DNA of 32,632 nucleotides from Deltaproteobacteria bacterium (GTDB lineage Bacteria > Myxococcota_A > UBA9160 > SMWR01): NCBI GenBank assembly GCA_032128115.1, contig JAQBHB010000107.1, positions 1-32,632 on the forward strand, written 5' to 3'. Made by a program: the position numbers and the translations under genes. The notes beneath the pieces were generated by a model, which ran no database searches, had not been told where the DNA came from, and worked only from the letters and a program-made list of their open reading frames with translations. Numbering within the stretch: the stretch's first letter is position 1; each line of letters opens with the position of its first letter. Below, piece by piece: positions 1-7,689 of the stretch.

Positions 1-368
1 GGCTCGCCACCGGGTTTGCAGAAGATCGTGAGCGGCCATCCCCCGTGACCGACGAGACGCGTCACCGCGTCCATGTAGATCTGGTCAACGTCCGGGCGCT
101 CCTCTCGATCGACCTTGACGCACACGAAGGACTCGTTCATCAGGGCCGCCGTCGCGGGGTCCTCGAAGGACTCGTGTTCCATGACGTGACACCAATGACA
201 AGCGCTGTAGCCGATCGAGACCAGCAGCGGTTTGTCCTCGGCTCCGGCGCGCTCGAGAGCCTCCGGACCCCAGGCGTACCAGTCCACCGGGTTGTACATG
301 TGCTGGCGCAGGTAGGCGCTCTGCTCGTGTGCCAGGCGATTGGCGGGGCGGTCTTCGGCGTGGCTCAA
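1..368 (-). CDS. yyaL: Thioredoxin domain-containing protein, YyaL/SSP411 family (5' part; runs off window)
   Basis: Not in the ORF track; manual translation gives [24 protein letters not shown]...[20 protein letters not shown]...[16 protein letters not shown]...[10 protein letters not shown], the YyaL N-terminal signature. TTG start at 368 assumed. Confidence 0.92.
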   Translation of the reverse strand, partial: MSHAEDRPANRLAHEQSAYLRQHMYNPVDWYAWGPEALERAGAEDKPLLVSIGYSACHWCHVMEHESFEDPATAALMNESFVCVKVDREERPDVDQIYMDAVTRLVGHGGWPLTIFCKPGGE

Positions 369-435
369 GGGGGGCTCCGGGCGTCTACCCTACCCGAAGG
401 CCTCGGGCCCGGGCCAATCCGACCGCGATTGCGGC

Positions 436-441
436 TAGACT
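436..441 (+). promoter_or_regulatory. Putative -10 element (TAGACT) of a leaderless rlmI transcript
   Basis: ggcTAGACT-cgccgc-ATG: hexamer starts exactly 12 nt before the ATG; no Shine-Dalgarno sequence. Confidence 0.6.
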
Positions 442-447
442 CGCCGC

Positions 448-1617
448 ATGTTCGACGTCGTCCTCCGACCCGATCGCGACCGATCCGTTCGCAGACGCCA
501 TCCCTGGCTCCTGTCGGGAGCCGTGGCCGACGCTCCCGCGGGTGCTGAGCCCGGGGCGTGGGTTCGCGTGGTATCTGCCCAGGGCGACGCCCTGGGCTTC
601 GGGCACTGGTCGCCCCACTCCCAGATCCGGGTGCGAATGCTGACGCTCGGCAAGGAGGCGCCGCCGGAAGACTGGCTGCAGGCGCGAATCCGCGCGGCCG
701 TGTCGCGGCGCGAGGCTTCGGCCCTGCTTGGCGAGACCGACGCAATCCGTCTGGTGAACGCCGAAGGCGATGGCCTGCCTGGGCTCGTGGCCGATCGCTA
801 CGGTGATCGGGTGGTGGTGCGCCTCACGACAGCGGGGATGGCGGTTCGGCGCGAGGAGGTGGCGAGCGTCCTGCGGGAGGTGACCGGCGCCGGCTCGGGA
901 TTCGAACGCGCCGACGCGGCGGCGTTGCGCCGCGAGGGGTTGCCCGCTCGTCAGGGCCCTCTCTGGGGAGAGGCGCCGATCGAGCCGGTTCCCATGCAGG
1001 AACACGGGCGCCGCTACCAGGTGGATGTGGACCGTGGTCAGAAGACCGGCTTCTACCTGGACCAGCGCGACGCCCGCGATCTGGTCCAGCAGGTCGCACG
1101 CGGTCGACGCGTCCTGGACCTGTTTGCCTACACGGGGGGCTTCTCGGTGGCGGCCGCATGCGGGGGGGCCGCGTCGGCGGTGCTCGTGGATTCGTCGGTC
1201 GATTCGCTGGCGCTCGCCAGGCGCAACCTGGCGGAGAACGCTCCGGATTTCGAGGCCCGATTCGAGACGCGCGACGCCTTCGAGTTCGCGCGCCGCGACG
1301 GCGAGCACTACGACCTGGTGGTGATCGATCCGCCTCCGCTGGCGCGCCGTCGCAGCGACGTGCCCAAGGCGGCGCGAGCCTACAAGGATGTCCTGCTCCA
1401 CGGCCTGCGTCGCGCGGCCCCGGATGCGTTGGTGCTCGCGTTCGCGTGCTCCCACCACGTGAGCCCCGACCTGTTCCGGAAGATCGTGTTCGGTGCGTCG
1501 CTGGATGCGGGCCGCCCGATCCGGGTGCTTCGCAGCCTGGGTGCACCAGTGGACCATCCGGTTTCGATCGACCATCCCGAGGGCGCGTATCTCAACGGGC
1601 TCCTGCTCGAGACGTGA
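448..1617 (+). CDS. rlmI: Class I SAM-dependent rRNA m5C methyltransferase, RlmI family
   Basis: PUA-like N-terminus RRRHPW; NAEGDGLPGLVADRY; GQKTGFYLDQR; VLDLFAYTGGF SAM motif; IDPP; catalytic-Cys region ACSHH; DHP..PEG.YL C-terminus. Confidence 0.9.
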   Translation: MFDVVLRPDRDRSVRRRHPWLLSGAVADAPAGAEPGAWVRVVSAQGDALGFGHWSPHSQIRVRMLTLGKEAPPEDWLQARIRAAVSRREASALLGETDAIRLVNAEGDGLPGLVADRYGDRVVVRLTTAGMAVRREEVASVLREVTGAGSGFERADAAALRREGLPARQGPLWGEAPIEPVPMQEHGRRYQVDVDRGQKTGFYLDQRDARDLVQQVARGRRVLDLFAYTGGFSVAAACGGAASAVLVDSSVDSLALARRNLAENAPDFEARFETRDAFEFARRDGEHYDLVVIDPPPLARRRSDVPKAARAYKDVLLHGLRRAAPDALVLAFACSHHVSPDLFRKIVFGASLDAGRPIRVLRSLGAPVDHPVSIDHPEGAYLNGLLLET

Positions 1618-2417
1618 TGTCGGCGTCGGCGGATGCGGAGTCCGCCCGGCGCCGGGCCGCGGGATACGTAGCGGACCACGGTGGGCCGCTCGACCGCTGG
1701 CGCGCGGCGGGCCTGTTGGGAGACGCCGCTCCCTCGAGGCCCCTGGGGGCGCCGGGCGTTTCCCAGCGCGACGACGGCGCGTATTCCGTGGACGCGGGTC
1801 CTCCCGGTGTCGACGCAACGCTGCAGGTGCTGGCCGCACTCGACGATGTGCGCGCCCTGGGTGACGAGTCGGCCCGGGGTGCTTGCGACTACCTGAGCGC
1901 CCAGCAGTGCGAAAACGGCAGCTGGAGGCGCCGGTCCGGGGAGGCCGAGGACGAGACCCTCTACGTCACCGGAATGCTGGCGGGCTACCTGGCGAAGTCG
2001 CGCTGGTCGCGGCCGCGCGTGCTGAAGGCCGCCGGCGACTACCTCGCCGCGCTCTGGTCGCCCGATCGGGTTCAAGGCTTCGCGTGGCCCGCCATCGCCG
2101 CCTACGCCCACTATTTTGCCAACGCACCCCACGATCTGGGCGACTCGGCGCTGCAGTGGTGCGGCCGCGAGCTCGAGCGCGGCTTTCGCACGGGTCACTT
2201 CGACGCGGCCCGCACCGCGCGGGTGCTGGTGCTCTGCGACGCGGGGGCGCTTCCCGGCGCCCGCATCGAGCCGTTCGAATTGATCGCGCGCCTGGTGGAA
2301 GGGGTGGGCGATGACGGGGGCTGGGGGCCGGCGGGGCAGGGCGCGTCCCACGCCCGGGTCGAGGGCAGCCTGGATGCCCTCGCCGGCCTGACGAGATTGT
2401 CCCCTGGCGGGTCATGA
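1617..2417 (+). CDS. Prenyltransferase/squalene-cyclase repeat (alpha-alpha toroid) protein, 266 aa
   Basis: ATG overlaps the rlmI stop (TGATG); QW-like repeats SQRDDGAY, YLSAQQCENGSW and GDDGGW. Confidence 0.65.
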   Translation: MSASADAESARRRAAGYVADHGGPLDRWRAAGLLGDAAPSRPLGAPGVSQRDDGAYSVDAGPPGVDATLQVLAALDDVRALGDESARGACDYLSAQQCENGSWRRRSGEAEDETLYVTGMLAGYLAKSRWSRPRVLKAAGDYLAALWSPDRVQGFAWPAIAAYAHYFANAPHDLGDSALQWCGRELERGFRTGHFDAARTARVLVLCDAGALPGARIEPFELIARLVEGVGDDGGWGPAGQGASHARVEGSLDALAGLTRLSPGGS

Positions 2418-2418
2418 C

Positions 2419-2526
2419 AACGAGGCAAGGCCGAAGGCCGCGCAGCGAGCCGCAGGCGAGCGAAGTCCAGTAAACGAGGCAAGGCCGAAGGCCGCGCAGC
2501 GAGCCGAAGGCGAGCGAAGTCCAGTA
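2419..2526. repeat. 54-bp tandem duplication (2 copies, 1 mismatch), REP-like
   Basis: aacgaggcaaggccgaaggccgcgcagcgagccg(c/a)aggcgagcgaagtccagta at 2419-2472 and 2473-2526; contains ggccGAAggcc mini-hairpins. Confidence 0.9.
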
Positions 2527-2562
2527 GACTGGGCCGCTCTGTTCACTCCCGGAGGCATTGCC

Positions 2563-4200
2563 GTGCTGAACCTGGCCTATCTCCACGAGGCGATCGCCTC
2601 GAAGATCCCCGAGCGGGAGTGTCTGATCTTCCGCGACCGCCGCTTTACCTGGGAGCAGGTCACCGACCGCAGCCGGCGCCTGGCCGACGTCTTTCGGCGT
2701 CACGGCCTGGGCTGCCACACCGAGCGCGCGGCGCTCCACGGCTGGGAGTCGGGCCAGGATCACGTGGGCCTCTACCTGTACAACGGCAACGAGTACCTGG
2801 AGGGAATGCTCGGCGCCTACAAGGCCCGCGCGGTTCCCTTCAACGTGAACTACCGCTACGTGGACGAGGAACTCGTCTACCTGTTCGGCAACGCGGACGC
2901 GCGCGCGGTGGTCTACCACGCGCGCTTTGCCCCGGTGCTGGATCGCGTGCGAGCCAAGTTGGGCAACGTTTCCCTGTGGCTGCAGGTGGCGGACGAGTCC
3001 GGTGAGTCGCTTCTGCCCGGAGCGCTCGACTACGAACGGGCCCTGGCGGAGGCCGTGCCCGAGCCGCTGACGAGCGATCTGTCGCCCGACGATCTCTACA
3101 TCCTGTACACCGGCGGTACCACCGGAATGCCCAAGGGCGTCCTGTGGCGACAAGAAGACATCTTCCGCGCCGCCCTCACCACCGGCTTCAAGGGCGGCGT
3201 CGACGAGCTCCTCGAGCGGGTGGTGCAGGTAGGACCGCGCGCCCTGGCCACACCGCCCTTCATGCACGGCGCAGCGCACTGGGCGGCCTTCAACATGTGG
3301 CACGCGGGCGGCACGGTGATCGTGCAGTCGAATGTCGAAAGCCTCGACCCCCACGACATCTGGTCCACCGTTGAGCGCGAGCGCGCCCAGATCCTCTTGA
3401 TCGTGGGCGACGCCTTCGGGCGGCCGCTGTCGGACCAGCTGGCGAAGCGCGACTACGACCTGTCGTCGCTGCGCATGATCACGTCCGGGGGCGCCATCCT
3501 GACGGCGGCGCTCAAGCAGGAGTTCCTCGATCGCCTGCCCGAGGTGCGCGTTCTCGATTCGCTGGGATCTTCCGAGAGCGGGGCACAGGCGATGCAGCTC
3601 TCCAGCGCCGACAAGAAGCCCACATCCGGTGACTTCACGCTGGCGGACGACAACGCGGTGCTCAAGGCAGACCTCTCGGGCCTGGTGGAAGCGGGCTCGC
3701 AGGAGCAGGGATGGTTGGCGCGGCGCGGCAACGTGCCCCTTGGCTACTACAAGGATCCGGAGAAGACCGCGCGCACGTTTCCCGAGGTGGACGGCGTGCG
3801 CTACGCGGTGCCCGGCGACCGGGCCGGCGTGGCGGCGGACGGCAGTCTGCTGCTGTACGGGCGGGACTCGGTCACGATCAATACCGGAGGCGAGAAGGTC
3901 TTCGCCGAGGAAGTGGAGCACGCGCTCAAGCACCATCCCGCTGTCTACGATGCGGTGGTGGTGGGAACGCCCAGCGAGCGTTGGGGACAGCAGGTGACGG
4001 CGGTGGTTCGCCTGCGCGAAGGCGAGTCGCCCGGCGACGCGGATTTGCGCGCCGTGGCGGGCTCTCACATCGCGGCCTACAAGCTGCCCAAGGTCATCCT
4101 CTACGTGGATGAGATTGTGCGCTCGCCGAGCGGCAAGGCCGACTACCGCTGGGCCCGGGACACGGCGCTGGCGCGGATGGGCGACGGCGAGCAGAGCTAG
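2563..4200 (+). CDS. Acyl-CoA synthetase (AMP-forming), FadD19-like
   Basis: YTGGTTGMPKG AMP-binding loop; GSSE; PGD..GRDSVTINTGGEKV; RSPSGKADY; ggagg RBS before the GTG. Confidence 0.92.
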   Translation: MLNLAYLHEAIASKIPERECLIFRDRRFTWEQVTDRSRRLADVFRRHGLGCHTERAALHGWESGQDHVGLYLYNGNEYLEGMLGAYKARAVPFNVNYRYVDEELVYLFGNADARAVVYHARFAPVLDRVRAKLGNVSLWLQVADESGESLLPGALDYERALAEAVPEPLTSDLSPDDLYILYTGGTTGMPKGVLWRQEDIFRAALTTGFKGGVDELLERVVQVGPRALATPPFMHGAAHWAAFNMWHAGGTVIVQSNVESLDPHDIWSTVERERAQILLIVGDAFGRPLSDQLAKRDYDLSSLRMITSGGAILTAALKQEFLDRLPEVRVLDSLGSSESGAQAMQLSSADKKPTSGDFTLADDNAVLKADLSGLVEAGSQEQGWLARRGNVPLGYYKDPEKTARTFPEVDGVRYAVPGDRAGVAADGSLLLYGRDSVTINTGGEKVFAEEVEHALKHHPAVYDAVVVGTPSERWGQQVTAVVRLREGESPGDADLRAVAGSHIAAYKLPKVILYVDEIVRSPSGKADYRWARDTALARMGDGEQS

Positions 4201-4922
4201 CGGGTCACGGCCTCGCGGAAGACCCGGATGCGCGCGGCGTTGGCGCCCATGTCGCCCCTTCCGTCTCGCGACTTGGACCGCACGTCGATCCGCGATCCGG
4301 CCCCGTCGGGCTGCACGCGGACGACGATGTCGTCGACGAAGCGGAAGATCGGCGTTACCTGGATCGCCTCGAATGTGCCCCGGCTCGCGTCCCGATACGT
4401 GATCTCCCAGCCGAGCTGCTGCGCGACGGCCTCGGCGGTGACGAGCACCTCGCCCGGGAGCCCGTCGACTTCGATCGGTTCCAGATCCGGGTAGCCCTCG
4501 CGTTGCAGCACCGCGAACTCCTCGCCCGGGTACGACAGATCGCGTTCCAGGTTTTCCGGGATCTTCCGGGCGGCCTCGAACGCCGGAGGGGAGTCGGGAT
4601 CGGTGGTGATGTCGTTGATGACCGGAACGTTGCCCGCCGAGCCGGCGGCCAGCAGGATCGTCAACACCACCAGGGTTCCCAGCGCCGTTCCCGCCACGGC
4701 ACGGGGGCGGCCCCCGCGCAGCGCGGAGTCGCGGGTGCGCCACAGGCCGATCACCCCGAGCACCAGCGCCAGCAGTCCCAGCAGGGCGCCCAGGGTGAAG
4801 ATCCGGAAGCCGATGAACGGCGTGAAGATTCCGACCTGGATGCCCGCAGGCCCCAGGCCGAAGGCCGTGCCCGCGATCAGGCCGAGGGCGGCCGACAGCG
4901 TTGCGACGCGTGAAATGTTCAT
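4197..4922 (-). CDS. DUF1499 domain membrane protein
   Basis: N-terminal TM helices; PVINDITTD; TPIFRFVDDIVVRV; RIDVRSKSRDGRGDMGANAARI. ATG at 4922 with ggagg upstream. Confidence 0.88.
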   Translation of the reverse strand: MNISRVATLSAALGLIAGTAFGLGPAGIQVGIFTPFIGFRIFTLGALLGLLALVLGVIGLWRTRDSALRGGRPRAVAGTALGTLVVLTILLAAGSAGNVPVINDITTDPDSPPAFEAARKIPENLERDLSYPGEEFAVLQREGYPDLEPIEVDGLPGEVLVTAEAVAQQLGWEITYRDASRGTFEAIQVTPIFRFVDDIVVRVQPDGAGSRIDVRSKSRDGRGDMGANAARIRVFREAVTR

Positions 4923-4976
4923 TGCGAAATCCCTCCCATCTACCGGAGCGCGGCAGCATATCACGCAAGCGTGCTG

Positions 4977-5042
4977 CGCAGGGCCTCATCCAACGTGTCG
5001 CAGGGCGTCATCCAACGTGTCGCAGGGCCTCATCCAACGTGT
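4977..5042. repeat. Three tandem 22-bp direct repeats in a divergent intergenic region
   Basis: cgcagggc(c/g)tcatccaacgtgt at 4977-4998, 4999-5020 and 5021-5042; no spacers. Confidence 0.95.
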
Positions 5043-5050
5043 GTTAGGAT
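5042..5050 (+). promoter_or_regulatory. Putative extended -10 promoter (TGnTAGGAT) of the enoyl-CoA hydratase gene
   Basis: TG-T-TAGGAT directly after the repeat array, ~36 nt before the ATG, which has a ggaga RBS. Confidence 0.5.
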
Positions 5051-5086
5051 GCGGCGCCCGTCTCGGGAGGCGTGCGGAGAGTCGCA

Positions 5087-5860
5087 ATGGAACCCATTCG
5101 CTCGGAGCGCCGCGGTGCCGTGGCCCTGCTCACCCTGTGCCGCCCCAAGGCGCTGAACGCCCTGGATCGGGCCGCCCTGGATGCCCTGCGAGTGGTGTGC
5201 TCGGAGATCGCGTCCGACGCGTCGGTGCGCGCGGTGGTGCTCACGGGCGAGGGCCGCGCCTTCGCCGCGGGCGCCGACATCGAACAGATGCGCCAGCACT
5301 CTCCCGCCGAGGCCCAGGAATTCAGCCGCCTGGGTCATGCGGCCTTTTCCGATCTCGAAGCGCTTGGGGTTCCCACCATCGCCGCCGTCAACGGCTACGC
5401 CCTGGGCGGGGGGTGCGAGCTGGCTTGTGCGTGCGACTGGATCTACGCCTCGGACAAGGCGCGCTTCGGCCAGCCGGAAGTCAAGCTGGGGCTGATTCCC
5501 GGGTTCGGCGGAACCAGCCGACTCGCGCGCCGGGTTGGCGTCGCGTGGGCCAAGGAGTTGGTGCTCACCGGCGACCCCATCGACGCCGACACCGCACTTC
5601 GCATCGGGCTCGCCAACCGGATCTTCGGGAGCGACGCCCTGGTGGACGCCGCGGTGAAGATCGGTGAGACGATCGCCAGCAAGAGCTCCGTGGCGGTGGC
5701 CCAGGCCAAACGCGTGATCCAGGAGGGCCAGGGTGCGGACCTGCGCGTGGCCCACAGCCTCGAGCAGGCGGCCTTCGGCATCGTGTCGGCCAGCGAAGAT
5801 CGCAACGAGGGCATGGACGCCTTCCTGGCCAAGCGCGACCCCGAGTTCCCCGGACGCTGA
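5087..5860 (+). CDS. Enoyl-CoA hydratase/isomerase (crotonase family)
   Basis: RPKALNAL; AFAAGADI oxyanion-hole motif; GGGCE and QPEVKLG (both catalytic Glu); EGMDAFLAKRDP. Confidence 0.93.
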   Translation: MEPIRSERRGAVALLTLCRPKALNALDRAALDALRVVCSEIASDASVRAVVLTGEGRAFAAGADIEQMRQHSPAEAQEFSRLGHAAFSDLEALGVPTIAAVNGYALGGGCELACACDWIYASDKARFGQPEVKLGLIPGFGGTSRLARRVGVAWAKELVLTGDPIDADTALRIGLANRIFGSDALVDAAVKIGETIASKSSVAVAQAKRVIQEGQGADLRVAHSLEQAAFGIVSASEDRNEGMDAFLAKRDPEFPGR

Positions 5861-7660
5861 TCAACGCTCCCCGAGCCGGTCGAGGGCTTCCCGGGGACGC
5901 GGATCGTCCGGGGCCAGGTCCCGTGCACGGCGCTGGGCGCGCGCGGCCGGGTCGATCTGGCCCAATCCTTCGTAGGCGCGCCCCAGGAGGATCCAGCCGT
6001 CGGGGAGCGTGGGAAAGCTGGCGGTGAGATCCGCGGCGCTGCGGCGCGCCTCCTCGTAGCGCTGGCCGCGCAGCAACTCGCGGGTGCGGCCCACCAGTTG
6101 GGCAGTGAGTGCCTCGTTCGCCTCGGAGCTGCGCGGCGATTCCAGCAGGGCGAGCCGCAGCTCCTGCTCGGCCTGTGCGTTCAGGTCGTGGGCCCGGTCG
6201 CGGGCTTCGGCCGCCGCCACCTGGTTTCCGGTGCGGGCGTACATGCGCGCCAGCGACTCCTGGAACGCGGCCCGGTCCTGGTGGCGGCGTCCCACGTTCA
6301 CCCGGTGGCGCGCGAAATCCTCGTCGTAGGCCGGGGAGTAGGCGACCGACCAGGCGAGGGCCAGCCACAGCGCGGTCGCCAGGTACACGCCCCGCTGGCG
6401 ATCCCGCACCGCGTTTACGATCTGCCACACACCGGCGGCGGCGAATACGATGACCGCCGGGGCCGCCGGGATTCGATAGCGCGAGGTGTTGTAGAAGAGC
6501 AGGACGCTGGTGGCGTAGGCCGAAAGGAACAGCAGCAGGGGTGTCGCCCGGCGCTGGTGTCGGGCGGCGAACACGCCCCACAGCGCCAGCGGCAGCACCG
6601 CGCCCCAGGTGGGAAGCGGAAGCCTGAGTATCCGGCTCACGTTCTCGCGGAAGAACGCGTAGCTCACGTTGTCCGGCACCTCGGCGTGATTCACCAGCAG
6701 CTGCGCTTTGCGCGCCAGGTGGCGAGCGAAGTGGCCCGGATCCCGGGCGATCTCGCCGGCGGCCTCGCGAAACCAGAAGCGGGAGAGTTCTCCGGGGCCC
6801 ATGGCCCGCCCACTGCGGCGCTCGGCCTCGTCCTGGAAGCCCTCTTCTTCGTGGAAGGGCGTGCTGGCCAGGAATGCCGGGCGCTTGTAGCTGCCGGAGT
6901 CGTTGTCCAGGTGGTTTCCGATGTAGAAGTTTTGACCCGCCTGGCTGGTGATGAGCACCCACTCGTCCGCCACCGCACGGTTGCGCAGCGTGATGGGGGC
7001 GATGGCCAGGGCGAGCCCCAGAACGGCGAATCCCACGGGTGCGATGCGCGAGCGGAACGGGCGGCGCAGGCCGAGCCACGCCAGCCACACGGGAACGAAC
7101 AGCAGGTAGTTGCCTCGCGTCAGGCAGGCGATGCCCAGGCTGAAGCCCGCGGTGGCAAAGGCCGCCGGGCGGCGCACGGCCTCGGCGCGCACGCAGGCGT
7201 AGAGCGCCAGCGTGATCAGGAATACGCTGATCGATGACTTCAGCAGCAGGGCGTCGTAGAAGAAGAAGACCTTGTAGAGGGCGGCAATCCCCCCGGCGAC
7301 GAGAGCGGTGCGGTCGTCGAAGACGCGCCGCGCGATGGCATGGATCAGCACCACGGTGCCGGAATCGATCAGCGCCTGGGTGATCAGCACACCGCCCGAT
7401 CCCACGCCGAAGATCCCGTAGAGCAATGCGAGCAGGTAGGAGTACAGGGGATCCTGGTAGAAGACGTCGTGGCCGAGCCACTCGCCCGACAGGATGCGCA
7501 GGGCCCGCTCGTGGTAGGCGCGGCTATCCAGCAGGGGGAAGCGCACGGCAGCGTCGCCGGACACCTCGAGGACGTAGGCGACCCGGAAGACGGCGGACAG
7601 CAGGAAGAGTCCCGCGCCGATCGCCAGCTGGCGGCGGGCGGCGCCGCCCGCATCGTTCAT
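5861..7660 (-). CDS. GT-C fold (PMT/ArnT-like, GT39/83) membrane glycosyltransferase with C-terminal TPR-like domain, 599 aa
   Basis: LLDSRAYHE first-loop Asp; YQDPLYSY; many TM segments; GQNFYIGN; SRYRIP; C-terminal helical TPR-like segment (WILLGRAYEGLG). ATG at 7660. Confidence 0.8.
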   Translation of the reverse strand: MNDAGGAARRQLAIGAGLFLLSAVFRVAYVLEVSGDAAVRFPLLDSRAYHERALRILSGEWLGHDVFYQDPLYSYLLALLYGIFGVGSGGVLITQALIDSGTVVLIHAIARRVFDDRTALVAGGIAALYKVFFFYDALLLKSSISVFLITLALYACVRAEAVRRPAAFATAGFSLGIACLTRGNYLLFVPVWLAWLGLRRPFRSRIAPVGFAVLGLALAIAPITLRNRAVADEWVLITSQAGQNFYIGNHLDNDSGSYKRPAFLASTPFHEEEGFQDEAERRSGRAMGPGELSRFWFREAAGEIARDPGHFARHLARKAQLLVNHAEVPDNVSYAFFRENVSRILRLPLPTWGAVLPLALWGVFAARHQRRATPLLLFLSAYATSVLLFYNTSRYRIPAAPAVIVFAAAGVWQIVNAVRDRQRGVYLATALWLALAWSVAYSPAYDEDFARHRVNVGRRHQDRAAFQESLARMYARTGNQVAAAEARDRAHDLNAQAEQELRLALLESPRSSEANEALTAQLVGRTRELLRGQRYEEARRSAADLTASFPTLPDGWILLGRAYEGLGQIDPAARAQRRARDLAPDDPRPREALDRLGER

Positions 7661-7668
7661 GGGATCGG

Positions 7669-7678
7669 AGTGTAAGAT
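7669..7678. promoter_or_regulatory. Overlapping back-to-back -10 elements (bidirectional promoter)
   Basis: TAAGAT on + (7673-7678) and TACACT on - (7674-7669) share the TA dinucleotide inside a 29-bp gap between divergent ATGs. Confidence 0.55.
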
Positions 7679-7689
7679 TGCCCGCGCCC

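Noticed and set aside
45..548. 167-aa plus-strand ORF from the track
   Set aside because: Antisense to the clearly conserved yyaL-like gene.
1966..4989. 1007-aa minus-strand ORF, and similar long ORFs (385-1839, 9628-11685, 20269-22851, 24606-26819, 27807-29624)
   Set aside because: Antisense or alternative-frame shadows of well-supported genes; Arg/Pro/Gly-rich without motifs, as expected at high GC.
4977..5042. 22-bp and 54-bp repeats as a CRISPR array or plasmid origin
   Set aside because: No spacers, no cas or rep gene, and no AT-rich unwinding region.
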